The notes under the pieces were generated by a model. That model was not told the origin of the DNA, did not search any database, and worked only from the letters and a program-made list of their open reading frames with translations. Shown piece after piece: positions 1 to 10,463 of a stretch of DNA of 64,000 bases (its first letter is position 1; the number at the start of each line of letters is the position of its first letter). Made by a program: the position numbers and the translations under genes. Origin of the DNA: Candidatus Woesearchaeota archaeon. GTDB lineage: Archaea > Nanobdellota > Nanobdellia > Woesearchaeales > UBA12501. Where the stretch lies: positions 1,232 to 65,231 of the forward strand of contig JAWOBY010000050.1 of assembly GCA_046484055.1 (NCBI GenBank). The letters are read 5' to 3'.

Positions 1-32
1 GAAAAACCAATGCTACAAAGAACCGCTTTCTT

Positions 33-1103
33 GTGGTTTCAGAAGGTGCTAGGATGAACCAACAGTTGATTAGTTACATACAGCAGCAGATAAAGAATGG
101 TTACGACCTGAATTCCATAAGAAATTTCCTTCTCCAGCAGGGGTACAATCCTGATGAGGTGAATGAGTCAGCAGAGTTCGTCAACAAACAGAGGCTCTCA
201 TCATTGATCGAGTATGTCAAGTCCTCACTGAAACAGGGGAATGATCCTGATTCCATAAGATCGCAATTGTCCGCCTCAGGCTATGCGATGCCTGACATAA
301 ACGAGGCATTGAAGGAAGCGGGCAAGAGCTCCTCGAAGTTCCCTGTGAAAACATTGGTCATAGTTCTTGTAGCATTGGTTGTGTTTGGGCTCGGGTTGCT
401 CTTCTTCTGGCCTTCAGGAGAGGCCGAAGAAGCAACCGGCCCGGACATGACAGAAGGAGGCGATACAGGATCACCCCGGCAGGACATGGCAGACGAGGAG
501 GATACAGGAGATGATCTGGGATTCGATACAGAGAAGACAGTCAGCTTTGAAGATGAGGAAGATGACGGCACAGGAGAGGATGAAGGTTTTGAGACAGGAG
601 AGACCAACCAATCACCTGATGAGAATATGACAGGGGAAGGGATAGAGACAGGAGGAGAGACGCAGGACGAGCTTGAGGAAGAGGATGCACAGGATGAATT
701 TGAAGAGGTGTTCAGTGAAGAAAATGGAGGGGAAGAGAACAGCGCAGAAGACTCTGATTTCTCCTCAAAAACCTCGGATTTTGACAGCCTGATAGATGAA
801 GCTTCTGATGAGGAGAACGTGGACAAGGCGCTGGAGCTATGCAAGAAAGAAGAGAATGAGATGTACAGGGATGCCTGTTACGACCAGCTCTCCAAGACAT
901 TCGAGAGCGTGGCGATATGCGAAAAGATACATGATCAGGCACTCCAGGACTCATGCTATCTCAGGGTAGTGCTGAAGAAAAGGGATTACAGCCTCTGCGA
1001 GAACATAGTGGATTCCAGTCTCAAGAGCTCATGCGAATCACTGCAGAACACCGCGCCGCCTGAGAACGCAACAACAGACGACCTTGCGGACCTGACAGTG
1101 TAA
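33..1103 (+). CDS. membrane protein of unknown function (duplicated N-terminal helical module, one TM helix, acidic linker, Cys-rich C-terminus)
   Basis: 356-aa ORF. Two ~40-aa repeats (LISYIQQQIKNGYDLNSIRNFLLQQGYNPDEV and LIEYVKSSLKQGNDPDSIRSQLSASGYAMPDI). Hydrophobic segment VKTLVIVLVALVVFGLGLLFFW, a long D/E-rich region, and spaced Cys in the last ~90 aa. No family recognised. Confidence 0.55.
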   Translation: MVSEGARMNQQLISYIQQQIKNGYDLNSIRNFLLQQGYNPDEVNESAEFVNKQRLSSLIEYVKSSLKQGNDPDSIRSQLSASGYAMPDINEALKEAGKSSSKFPVKTLVIVLVALVVFGLGLLFFWPSGEAEEATGPDMTEGGDTGSPRQDMADEEDTGDDLGFDTEKTVSFEDEEDDGTGEDEGFETGETNQSPDENMTGEGIETGGETQDELEEEDAQDEFEEVFSEENGGEENSAEDSDFSSKTSDFDSLIDEASDEENVDKALELCKKEENEMYRDACYDQLSKTFESVAICEKIHDQALQDSCYLRVVLKKRDYSLCENIVDSSLKSSCESLQNTAPPENATTDDLADLTV

Positions 1104-1230
1104 AAAAAATTATCAGATTAAAAGCAAACAATATAAAAACAGGAAGAACAGAAGGCCCATATACCGGACAGACTGATCAAACAGGCCGACAGCACAACAA
1201 GGATTTCAGTAAATCCGGCATAAGATTAAA

Positions 1231-4200
1231 ATGATCGGAAAAAAGAGGTGCAGAAAGGCACAGGTGACTGCCTTCATACTGATAGGTATAATACTCATTG
1301 TGGCGGCGTCATTCTTCGCATACATAACCTACATCGCAAAGAGAGCGCCTTCTGAAGATGCTGTAACAGAGAATCTTCCTGAAAGCCTTGACAAGCTCTC
1401 CCTTGACAATCTTATGAGAACCTGCATAAAGAAAGCAGCGGATCCCAAACTCAAAAGTATCGCGAAATACGGCGGGACGCTGGATCCCGACCCCAACCAA
1501 TACCGGCTTTATAATCATACCAGATACAGGTACCTCTGCAGGCAGGCGCCGGGATATTCAGATTGCGTAAATGCCCTTCTCACAAGGGAGAGCATGCAGA
1601 AAGAGCTCGAAGAGAATGTCAGGGGGGATGCAGTAAGCTGTGTGGATAAGGCTCTGAATTTCTATACAGAGAGGGGTTATGACATAGAGACCGGAAACGC
1701 GAGAACGAATGTTATAGTAGGGACTGATGACGTGAATGTCATCCTGATATACCCAGTGACCGCCTCAAAAGGGGATAACAAGATAAGCGTCTCTGAATAC
1801 TCTGTGAGGTTTGATTACCCTCTCGGAAAGCTTTATGATCTCGCGATGAAGATAATAAACAAGGAGGAGGATGCAGGCCATTTCAATCAGGAGGGGTGGA
1901 TGTACAACCACAGCGCCGAGATACTTGTACAGAAGCACAGGCCATACCCTGACACAGTGTACAGGATAAGCAAGTATGACTGGGCAAAGAGGGAATGGTA
2001 CATATTCAATTTCGCAATACAGGGATATGATGATCTGAAAGAGCTCGCAGGACTCGCGGCATTGGGCGGGCCGGGAAGCTCCGCCTCATCACCATCTTCA
2101 GCGAGATCGACCGCTTACGACCAGGACATCGGATGCTGCTATAATGAGGATGACGGCAACTGCTTTGAGAACAGTGACAAGACACAATGCAGTGATGAGG
2201 GGATGGAGTGGAGAAGAGGCAGCTGTGTCCAGAGCGGTTTCCAGTGCGAATCAAGATCAGAAAAAAGATATGACAACAGGACAGGCCTGTGCAACGGCAG
2301 GGAATGCCGCGATTGCATGGGGCCGACATACAGCAGCGGTGATGACCCTGAAGACCCAGACACATGGACCGGGCCGGCAAGGATGCACGGGGAGTCATGG
2401 TGCGAATATGAAGGGCCCACGGGGAACGGCAAGGATTTTGTGGGCTCAAGGCATTATAAGCATGTTTGCATCGACGGGACAGTCATGGTAGAGGAGTGCA
2501 GGGATTACAGGGACCAGATGTGCGTGGAGGATGAGAAGGAAATCAATGGAGAGACGCTCACAAGGGCTGTATGCAGGCCCAACAGGTGGCAGGACTGCCA
2601 CCTGTACAGCGATGATGAGGATTCCTGTCTTGACACGAGCAAGAGGGACTGTTATTGGTCTGATATGCAGGATAACTTCGTGGTGGGGAAGCCATCAGAT
2701 CAGGATCCTGATCCTGATACACCTTATGAGGACAGGTATTGCGTCCCGAAAGTGGCGCCCGGACTGAAGTTCTGGAACACCATAGAAGGAATGCAGGTGT
2801 GCGGCTGGGCCAACAATTATTATGAGTGCGACATGCCCGGCTGCTTCCAGGAGTGGGTCGATTTTGACGCTGCTTTCTGCGCGATGCAGGGGGACTGCGG
2901 GATACACAGGAATTATCTCGGAAATCTCCCGAGGTTATCATTGAGCGGTTCCATGCCCGGAGAGAACCTGCCCGGTGTCCCTGCAGAGCTGAAAGGTCTT
3001 GGGTTCACGAGCTCAACATCCACCCCCTCTGATCAGCTGTTTGAGACGACGCTTCCGGGAGAGAATCAGGCTTTCACCCAGTTCTATGGGAATTATATGG
3101 GTGATCTTCCCCTCAGCCCTGAACAATGGGGGCAGCCTGAAGTCACTCCCGACCTGTTCGTGCATGACTCCCCTAATGATTACTCCATGTACGGCATGAC
3201 AGAATTCACTCAGGAATTCGCGCAGTGGGGCCTTGACAGGATAGAGAACATAGATGCTGACCTCTACGATTATCTGCTTTATGGGGATTCCATAGAATGG
3301 ACGAGCTTGAGCACAAGCACCTGCAATGTCTGGGCGCCCAGCACCTCAGCAGAGGACTGTGAGAAGTGCAATGGCAACCCTTACAGGCCGTGTACGGAAT
3401 ACAAGTGCAGGAGCCTCGGCCAGTTCTGCAATTATGAGGAGGTTGATGGCGTGGGCAGGTGCACATCATATCAGGCATCAACCATCGGAAAGCCGGTCGT
3501 GAGGTTCGATGGTGCTGTCACAGAAGGGCATGACATAGATGATGCCGCTCTGCCTGCAGGGGGGGAGGTGTATCTCGGAAAAGAGATCAAGGAACCGCTG
3601 CAGCGTGATTTCACGTTCAGGGTGGAGACGAACAGGGAGGCCCAGTGCAAGCTTGCCATGGCTCCGAATGCTGGATTCGCGTTCAATCCTCCCTTTCCCG
3701 GAACGTCCCAGGATTACTCATTCAGCCGGAAGCATAACCTGACCATACCTTACATAAGCACTGAAAGCCTCTCAATCATAAGGCTTCCGATGCAGATGGC
3801 TTCTGCAGCCCATTTCAACCCCGATGATTACTGGAACATGCTCAAGAGCATGATGGACGAGATGATAGATTATGTCGATGACATAGCCGATGACTGCTTT
3901 GACTGCAATCCTGATGATGGGGATTACAGTGATTGCGATGACGGAAGGCTGATCTTCCTCTCAGAGAGCGACTGCGATGATATGGAGGATGTGGAGGACA
4001 AGATGAAGGACATGAGGTCAGAGATGACAAACCTCTGGAACAACCAGCTGAAGGACCAGATAGAGCAGTGGATGAGTTTCGCGGAGGACAATGCCCTTGA
4101 TGAGGTGATGAGCTACGCGGCCATGCAGAACAAGCATCACGCTTTCATAAAGTGCAGGGACAGGGGAGGCAATGAGAACAAGGCGGATCTCGACTTCATA

Positions 4201-4986
4201 AGGTTTGAGATAGACCCCAATCCCCTGCCGCCCCCTGAAGAGGAGCCGGACAAGCCCCCTGAGCTGATAAGGGTGGAGCCGCAGAACTGGACAGAACAGG
4301 GGCCCGATGAAGGGAGCGATGACGAGAAGACAGTCTATGTATTCACTGACCAGCTGGCTGAATGCGGTTACACCAAGGATGAATCAAAGACCTCGAGCGT
4401 GGTGTACATGGATGATTTTGACTGCCCCTCCTCGACTTACGAAGGAGGCCATATAGGAGGATATCTCTGCCAGAAGACATTCCAGCTGTCCGAGCTCACC
4501 ACAGAAGGGTCTCCTCTCTACATAAGATGCGCTGACCATCCTGAGCATTATGAGGCATATAACTTCCGCTTTGAGCAGGGCGAGAATTTCAACGCCCCCA
4601 GTGACATAAAGTGGATACCCCCTGACAGCAGCCAGCCGGGGACAGTGATCATAGATGATCCAAGGACCATAAACGAGAGCAAGCCTGTGATAAGTGTGCC
4701 CTCCACAAGCGTAAGGCTCTTCGTTCAGTTCAACACAAAGGACCATGATCATGAGAATGCTCTTGAATGCAGGTATGCCACCTCGCCTGATCAGACTTCA
4801 TCAGGCACAGCGCTTGTTGACCCCTCAAGCGGGGAGCCCGAATGCGACAACTGCACAGGGATGCTCACAGTGAGCTCAGGGACAGATTATTATATGTCAT
4901 GCCATTTCAAGCATCCTGAAAGGCTCAAGAGCGATATAAGCCAGTATGTCCTCAAAGTGCAGGAGGGCGGTTCAGGAGAATCCTGA
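1231..4986 (+). CDS. very large secreted or surface protein, Cys-rich, N-terminal signal-anchor (function unknown)
   Basis: 1251-aa uninterrupted ORF. N-terminal hydrophobic helix (VTAFILIGIILIVAASFFAYITYI). Dense Cys clusters (e.g. CCYNEDDGNCFENSDKTQCSDEGMEWRRGSCVQSGFQCE) and acidic DxD-rich segments. No catalytic motif recognised. Confidence 0.7.
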   Translation: MIGKKRCRKAQVTAFILIGIILIVAASFFAYITYIAKRAPSEDAVTENLPESLDKLSLDNLMRTCIKKAADPKLKSIAKYGGTLDPDPNQYRLYNHTRYRYLCRQAPGYSDCVNALLTRESMQKELEENVRGDAVSCVDKALNFYTERGYDIETGNARTNVIVGTDDVNVILIYPVTASKGDNKISVSEYSVRFDYPLGKLYDLAMKIINKEEDAGHFNQEGWMYNHSAEILVQKHRPYPDTVYRISKYDWAKREWYIFNFAIQGYDDLKELAGLAALGGPGSSASSPSSARSTAYDQDIGCCYNEDDGNCFENSDKTQCSDEGMEWRRGSCVQSGFQCESRSEKRYDNRTGLCNGRECRDCMGPTYSSGDDPEDPDTWTGPARMHGESWCEYEGPTGNGKDFVGSRHYKHVCIDGTVMVEECRDYRDQMCVEDEKEINGETLTRAVCRPNRWQDCHLYSDDEDSCLDTSKRDCYWSDMQDNFVVGKPSDQDPDPDTPYEDRYCVPKVAPGLKFWNTIEGMQVCGWANNYYECDMPGCFQEWVDFDAAFCAMQGDCGIHRNYLGNLPRLSLSGSMPGENLPGVPAELKGLGFTSSTSTPSDQLFETTLPGENQAFTQFYGNYMGDLPLSPEQWGQPEVTPDLFVHDSPNDYSMYGMTEFTQEFAQWGLDRIENIDADLYDYLLYGDSIEWTSLSTSTCNVWAPSTSAEDCEKCNGNPYRPCTEYKCRSLGQFCNYEEVDGVGRCTSYQASTIGKPVVRFDGAVTEGHDIDDAALPAGGEVYLGKEIKEPLQRDFTFRVETNREAQCKLAMAPNAGFAFNPPFPGTSQDYSFSRKHNLTIPYISTESLSIIRLPMQMASAAHFNPDDYWNMLKSMMDEMIDYVDDIADDCFDCNPDDGDYSDCDDGRLIFLSESDCDDMEDVEDKMKDMRSEMTNLWNNQLKDQIEQWMSFAEDNALDEVMSYAAMQNKHHAFIKCRDRGGNENKADLDFIRFEIDPNPLPPPEEEPDKPPELIRVEPQNWTEQGPDEGSDDEKTVYVFTDQLAECGYTKDESKTSSVVYMDDFDCPSSTYEGGHIGGYLCQKTFQLSELTTEGSPLYIRCADHPEHYEAYNFRFEQGENFNAPSDIKWIPPDSSQPGTVIIDDPRTINESKPVISVPSTSVRLFVQFNTKDHDHENALECRYATSPDQTSSGTALVDPSSGEPECDNCTGMLTVSSGTDYYMSCHFKHPERLKSDISQYVLKVQEGGSGES

Positions 4987-5039
4987 GAAGGTAAAGGCAC
5001 CATAAACTATTTAAAACCACAATATTTATTCAGCTCAAC

Positions 5040-5786
5040 ATGGGCGCACAGCTAAGGAATATATCCACTATCTTCTGGGACAGTTTCACAGAGTCTGTCA
5101 AGACAAAGAGGGCATTGCTGCTGATAGTGTCATACCTTCTGCTCATGTACCTCGGCATAAAGGCAGGATCCCTGCTTGAGGTCTTCTCATGGGCTTTGGC
5201 AGGCAGCAGGCAGTCATTCTCTCTCCTGCTGCCTTTCTATGTCTCAGTAATAATCCTTCCTCTTTTCTCGATAATAGTGGGATACAACATGATATCAGAT
5301 GAGATCAGCAGCGGCTCTATAAAGTTCATGGCATACAGGACGGACAGGTTCTCAATAATAGCAGGGAAACTGCTGTCATCAGGATTCCTTGTCACATTGA
5401 TCGTCCTCATAGCATATATGGCTTCGCTGGTGTTCATACACTCAAGGACGGGCCTCTGGTTCTTCCTTCCCTACGCGATATCATGGATCTACCTGAGCAT
5501 ATATGCTTTCTCTTTCACATGCCTTGCGATAGCTGTATCATCCATCGCAAGGAGCCCGTCCTCATCCATACTATGGTCTGTGCTGGTCTGCGCAGTCTTC
5601 CTGCTGATCTTCAACATAAGCTATGCAAAGGTCATATCACCTTTCTACTTTTCAAACAACGCCCTTGACTTCCTTATAGATGGTGTGTTCATAGATATGC
5701 TGCTCGGCGCGATTGTGCTCTGCCTGCACTCGCTCATCTATTCAATGATAGGCTACATTTCAATAAGGAAAGCGGATCTCTCCTGA
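5040..5786 (+). CDS. ABC-2-type transporter permease (putative)
   Basis: 248 aa with about six hydrophobic helices. Lies immediately upstream of an ABC ATPase. Confidence 0.6.
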   Translation: MGAQLRNISTIFWDSFTESVKTKRALLLIVSYLLLMYLGIKAGSLLEVFSWALAGSRQSFSLLLPFYVSVIILPLFSIIVGYNMISDEISSGSIKFMAYRTDRFSIIAGKLLSSGFLVTLIVLIAYMASLVFIHSRTGLWFFLPYAISWIYLSIYAFSFTCLAIAVSSIARSPSSSILWSVLVCAVFLLIFNISYAKVISPFYFSNNALDFLIDGVFIDMLLGAIVLCLHSLIYSMIGYISIRKADLS

Positions 5787-5928
5787 CATGATATGAATAT
5801 GTTATGAATTAAGATGCGGGAAGGAGAATGAGATGAAAACTGTATGGCCGTGCTGAAACGGACAAAAGAAGTACTGAGATGAACAAGAGAGAGAGATAAA
5901 CAAAAGAAGGGCATGAAGGGAGGAAAGA

Positions 5929-6660
5929 ATGAAAAAGAAGACAGGGGATGATCATCCAGTCGTGGAGACAAAGAAGCTTGCCAAACATTACGGCAGCAGC
6001 CACGCTCTCGACGGCCTTGACATAAAGGTCCCTAAGAACTCAATATACGGTCTTGTGGGGCCTAACGGTGCCGGAAAGACAACCACATTGGGGATATTGT
6101 CCACCCTTGTCATGCCCACTTCAGGCAGCGCGAAGGTGGCAGGACATGATGTGACCAAAGAGCCGCTCAGGGTGAAGGAAAAGATAGGCCTCCTCCCGCA
6201 GGGCGCGGCTCTGTATCCCAAAAGGACTGCCGTGGATGTGATCTCATTCTATTCAAAGCTCGCAGGAGTCGATGACCCCTCAGAGAATGCCCACTCGCTC
6301 CTTGACAGGGTCGGCCTTAAGAAGCACAAGGACAAGGAGATAAGGGAGATGTCCAACGGAATGGTCAAGCTTACAGGTATAGCGCAGGCGCTCATAGGGG
6401 GCCCTCTGATAATAATGCTTGATGAAGCCACAGCAGGCCTGGATCCCCGCGCGGCATACAACATAAGGAAACTTGTGAGGGATCTGAAGAAAGAATCTAC
6501 AGTGATATTCAGCTCTCACAACCTTTACGAGGTGCAGGACCTGTGCGATCATGTGGGGATAATCCATAAGGGGAAGCTGGTGGTGGAGGGAAAGACAAAG
6601 GACATAACCAAAAAGAAGAAAAGCCTGGAGAAGGTGTTCATGGAAAAGATAAAAGCATGA
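5929..6660 (+). CDS. ABC transporter ATP-binding protein
   Basis: Walker A GPNGAGKTT, Walker B IIMLDEATAGLD, H-loop SSHN. The signature motif is degenerate (MSNGMVK). Confidence 0.9.
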   Translation: MKKKTGDDHPVVETKKLAKHYGSSHALDGLDIKVPKNSIYGLVGPNGAGKTTTLGILSTLVMPTSGSAKVAGHDVTKEPLRVKEKIGLLPQGAALYPKRTAVDVISFYSKLAGVDDPSENAHSLLDRVGLKKHKDKEIREMSNGMVKLTGIAQALIGGPLIIMLDEATAGLDPRAAYNIRKLVRDLKKESTVIFSSHNLYEVQDLCDHVGIIHKGKLVVEGKTKDITKKKKSLEKVFMEKIKA

Positions 6661-6758
6661 TCCTGCTGATGCAGCATATGCCTTCCTGCAGACCGCATGA
6701 TACTACAAAAATATTTATAAATGGGTGTTTTTCCGCATATTAAGGGTGTTTTTCAGGA

Positions 6759-7799
6759 ATGTCAAAAAAGCGTTTAAGAAGGGAGAAGGCGAAACTCAAG
6801 AGCCTGAAGCAGAAAGGAGCCCATGAGACCCGCAAAGATGCCGCAGAAAGCGAAGGAATCGGAGGGCATGATGCTGGAGGGGGCAGGTCCGGGCAGGGTT
6901 TCCTGAAACGCATTAAAAGCATATACGAGAAGGATTATAAGGCGCTCATGTTCATAACAATTATTCTTCTGCTGCTCGCTTTTTTACAGATAGGATACCA
7001 GTGGGCATCCACAGGCGATTTCATAAACAAAGGGGTTTCCCTCAAGGGCGGAGTGACCATCACCATAGAAGGCACAGGATATGATCCTGTACGGATTGAA
7101 GACAATCTGAGAAAATCCTTCGAGGAGTACGATATTAACGTCAGGGAGATGACCTCTGCAGGGGTCCAGAGCGGGATCATAGTAAACGCAGGGGCGACTG
7201 AAAATGAGGATATCAGGAGGATGACCTCATTCCTGGAGGATGATCTGGGGATAGGAGATGGCGATTACAGCACTGAGATGATAGGGTCTGCCCTGGGTGA
7301 GAGCTTCTTCAGGGAGACAATAACCGCGATACTGATAGCATTCGTGTTCATGGCATTGGTTGTCTTCCTGTATTTCAGGATACCCATACCTTCCATAGCG
7401 GTGATACTCGCGGCAATATCAGACATAATAATAACCCTCGCTATAGTGAATCTCGCGGGAATAAAGATATCGACGGCAGGAGTGGCGGCATTCCTCATGC
7501 TGGTCGGCTATTCTGTTGATACGGACATCCTCCTCTCCACAAGAGTGCTCAGGAGAAAGGAAGGGACTGTGATGGACGGTGTCTATTCAGCGATCAATAC
7601 AGGACTCACAATGAGCGTGACGACAATAACCGCGATCAGTGTGGCCCTGATCTTCGCCCAGTCAGAAGTGCTTAAACAGATAATGATGATCGTGCTCATA
7701 GGGCTCCTGGTGGACATCCTGACCACATGGATACAGAATGCAGGAATACTGAGATGGTACCTGGAGAAAAGGCCTGAGAAGGGCGAGATCAAGAGCTGA
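6759..7799 (+). CDS. secF: protein-export membrane protein SecF
   Basis: 346 aa. Periplasmic domain followed by a six-TM C-terminal half typical of SecF (GYSVDTDILLSTRVL). Adjacent to SecD. Lys-rich N-terminal extension. Confidence 0.85.
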   Translation: MSKKRLRREKAKLKSLKQKGAHETRKDAAESEGIGGHDAGGGRSGQGFLKRIKSIYEKDYKALMFITIILLLLAFLQIGYQWASTGDFINKGVSLKGGVTITIEGTGYDPVRIEDNLRKSFEEYDINVREMTSAGVQSGIIVNAGATENEDIRRMTSFLEDDLGIGDGDYSTEMIGSALGESFFRETITAILIAFVFMALVVFLYFRIPIPSIAVILAAISDIIITLAIVNLAGIKISTAGVAAFLMLVGYSVDTDILLSTRVLRRKEGTVMDGVYSAINTGLTMSVTTITAISVALIFAQSEVLKQIMMIVLIGLLVDILTTWIQNAGILRWYLEKRPEKGEIKS

Positions 7800-7882
7800 T
7801 GCTTGTTGATGATGGTATTATGCCGCAGCGTGCCTTAAAGAGAAGGGCAGGAGAAGAGTGACAGAAAGAAAAGAATGATAAG

Positions 7883-9607
7883 ATGGGAAAACTCAAGTCG
7901 GTAATAAAACATCCAAGGACGATCATACTGATCGCATTCCTCATTCTTGCAGTCGTAGCCATAAACCCCGCGCCTTGGAAGGAAGGGGTTGCCATACGGT
8001 CAGTCATGCAGAACAGCTCGGCATCAATGGCAGGGATTGAAAGCCCGAAACCTGCAGCCACACCCAGAAGCAGGGAGGTCATAATCTCCATGAACAACAG
8101 GCCCATAAGAAGCGTGAAGGATTATCATGAATTTGTTGACGGCCTTGACATAAACCGGACTGTGAAGATAACCACAGATAAAGATGTTTACAGGCTCAAA
8201 ACGCTCCCTGAATACAATGTCACAGAATTGAATGAGACAGAAACCAGATGGGTCGAGGAGACTGTGCAGGTGAATAAGACGGTGAATGGCACTGTCCAGC
8301 TCGTGAACGAGACTGTCAGGAAGCAGGTAGAGGTGCCGAAAACCGAGAAAGAGCTTGCAGGCATGGAGGATCCAGGCCTTAGGATCTACGAGGCCCCCAC
8401 AACAAACATAAGGAAAGGGCTTGACCTTCAGGGAGGCACAAGGGTTCTCCTTAAGCCCGAGAGAAAACTGGACAAAGATGAGATGGAGATGCTTCTCGCC
8501 AACATGAAAGAGAGGCTCAATATCTATGGCCTTACAGACATAACAGTGAGGGAGACCTCTGATCTGAGCGGCAACCAGTACATACTTGTTGAGATAGCAG
8601 GGGCGACAGAGGAGGATATACAGGAACTGCTGGCCAGACAGGGCAAGTTCGAGGCAAAGATAGGCAATAGTACAGTGTTCAGAGGAGGAGGGGACATAAC
8701 CTATGTGTGCAGGAGCGCTGAATGCTCGGGGCTGGACTCACAGAAGGGGTGCGGAAGGACTTCAGAAGGGAACTGGGTCTGCAGGTTCAGGTTCTCCATC
8801 TCACTGAGGCCTGAAGCTGCGGAAAGGCAGGCAGAAGCCACCAAGGATATGGAGGTGGTGACCGAGAACGGCGAGCAGTACCTCAGCAGAAAACTCAACC
8901 TTTATCTTGATGATTCCAAAGTGGACAGCCTTAACATAGGGGCGGATCTGAAGGGAAGGCCTGTGACTGAAATATCAATCTCAGGAGCAGGAGAGGGGAT
9001 AAGCAGGGAGGAGGCGACCTCCAACGCCCTGAAGAACATGAAAAGGCTGCAGACCGTACTCATAACAGGAAGCCTGCCTGTGAAGCTTGAAGTGGTGAAG
9101 ACCAACACGATCTCGCCCATGCTGGGGGAGGAATTCACAAAGAACGCCCTCTTGATAGGATTCCTTGCGATAATCGCTGTCGCTGTCGTCATACTCATAA
9201 GATTCAAAAGGATAGAGATAACTGTCCCTGTCATAATAACCATGTTCTCTGAAGTCCTTTTATTGCTCGGGCTTGCCTCACTCATAGGATGGAATCTTGA
9301 CCTTGCAGCGATAGCGGGAATAATAATAGCGGCAGGTACCGGAGTGGATGACCAGATAGTGATAATAGATGAAGTTATGCGGGGGAAGGGTGATATAACC
9401 TCCGGCTGGAAGCAGAAGATAAAGAAAGCGTTCTTCATCATAATGGCTGCTTACTTCACTACAGTCGTCGCTATGGTTCCCCTGCTCTTCGCAGGAGCCG
9501 GCCTTCTCAAGGGTTTCGCTTTCACGACCATAGCAGGAGTATCTTTCGGAGTTTTTGTAACAAGGCCAGCATTCGCCTCGACAGCAGAGATCCTGCTGAA
9601 GAAGTGA
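7883..9607 (+). CDS. secD: protein-export membrane protein SecD
   Basis: 574 aa. N-terminal TM helix, large extracytoplasmic domain (GLDLQGGTRVLLKPE motif), C-terminal six-TM bundle (AGIIIAAGTGVDDQIVIIDE). Confidence 0.85.
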   Translation: MGKLKSVIKHPRTIILIAFLILAVVAINPAPWKEGVAIRSVMQNSSASMAGIESPKPAATPRSREVIISMNNRPIRSVKDYHEFVDGLDINRTVKITTDKDVYRLKTLPEYNVTELNETETRWVEETVQVNKTVNGTVQLVNETVRKQVEVPKTEKELAGMEDPGLRIYEAPTTNIRKGLDLQGGTRVLLKPERKLDKDEMEMLLANMKERLNIYGLTDITVRETSDLSGNQYILVEIAGATEEDIQELLARQGKFEAKIGNSTVFRGGGDITYVCRSAECSGLDSQKGCGRTSEGNWVCRFRFSISLRPEAAERQAEATKDMEVVTENGEQYLSRKLNLYLDDSKVDSLNIGADLKGRPVTEISISGAGEGISREEATSNALKNMKRLQTVLITGSLPVKLEVVKTNTISPMLGEEFTKNALLIGFLAIIAVAVVILIRFKRIEITVPVIITMFSEVLLLLGLASLIGWNLDLAAIAGIIIAAGTGVDDQIVIIDEVMRGKGDITSGWKQKIKKAFFIIMAAYFTTVVAMVPLLFAGAGLLKGFAFTTIAGVSFGVFVTRPAFASTAEILLKK

Positions 9608-9679
9608 CGCCCGGACCGGGCAGGGATCGAAAGCCCGAAACCTGCACAGTTAAGGACTCATACCTTATGGAGGAAACCA

Positions 9680-10387
9680 ATGAACGCTGATACTTATGTG
9701 ATATCCCTCAGCGGGTCGCTTATCTGCCCTTCTGAAGAGAACATATCTTTCCTCAAAGAGTTCAGGAAACTGATCATCAGCCATGCCGGCAAAGGAAATG
9801 TCAATAAAGGAAAGATGTTCATCATAATCTGCGGCGGAGGCCAGACGAACAGGCAGTATAATGAGGCTTTCAGGAGTATAATTGGCGCCTCAGAAGTGTC
9901 TGATGAGTCCCTCGACCTGCTCGGCATAGCCGCGACAAAGATGAATGGGGAATTCGTCAGGCTCATGTTCGGGGAGTATGCTGCAGGGAAGCTTCTTGAG
10001 GACCCTAATGAAAAGCTGGACACGGATAAGAGAATCATCATAGGCACGGGCTGGAAGCCCGGCTGCAGTTCTGACAAGGACGCTGTGCTTGCAGCGAAGA
10101 CTTATGGTGCGGATACTGTGATAAACCTGACCAATGTGGATCATGTCTATACAAAGGATCCAAGGAAGTATGAGGATGCAGAAAGGATAGAGAGCATATC
10201 CTGGAAAGAATTCAGGTCAATAGTGGGGGAGACCTGGAGCCCCAAGCTTGACAGCCCCTTTGACCCGATCGCGGCAAATCTCGCCGAGCAAGAGGGGATA
10301 AAAGCCATAATAGCAAGGGGAAAGAATATTGATAACCTGAAAAGAATAATTGAAGGGAAGGAATTTGTGGGCAGCGTGATAAGCTGA
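9680..10387 (+). CDS. pyrH: uridylate (UMP) kinase, archaeal amino-acid-kinase family
   Basis: 235 aa. ISLSGSLI, IICGGGQTNRQY, GTGWKPGCSSDKDAVLAA and NVDHVYTKDPRKY match the archaeal UMPK pattern. Isopentenyl-phosphate kinase is not fully excluded. Confidence 0.75.
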   Translation: MNADTYVISLSGSLICPSEENISFLKEFRKLIISHAGKGNVNKGKMFIIICGGGQTNRQYNEAFRSIIGASEVSDESLDLLGIAATKMNGEFVRLMFGEYAAGKLLEDPNEKLDTDKRIIIGTGWKPGCSSDKDAVLAAKTYGADTVINLTNVDHVYTKDPRKYEDAERIESISWKEFRSIVGETWSPKLDSPFDPIAANLAEQEGIKAIIARGKNIDNLKRIIEGKEFVGSVIS

Positions 10388-10463
10388 GATTTCTGAGTGG
10401 CAGGCGGTAGGCAAAACACGAGAAACTGCACATCATAACCAGACTATATCTTTATCTGTTCTT

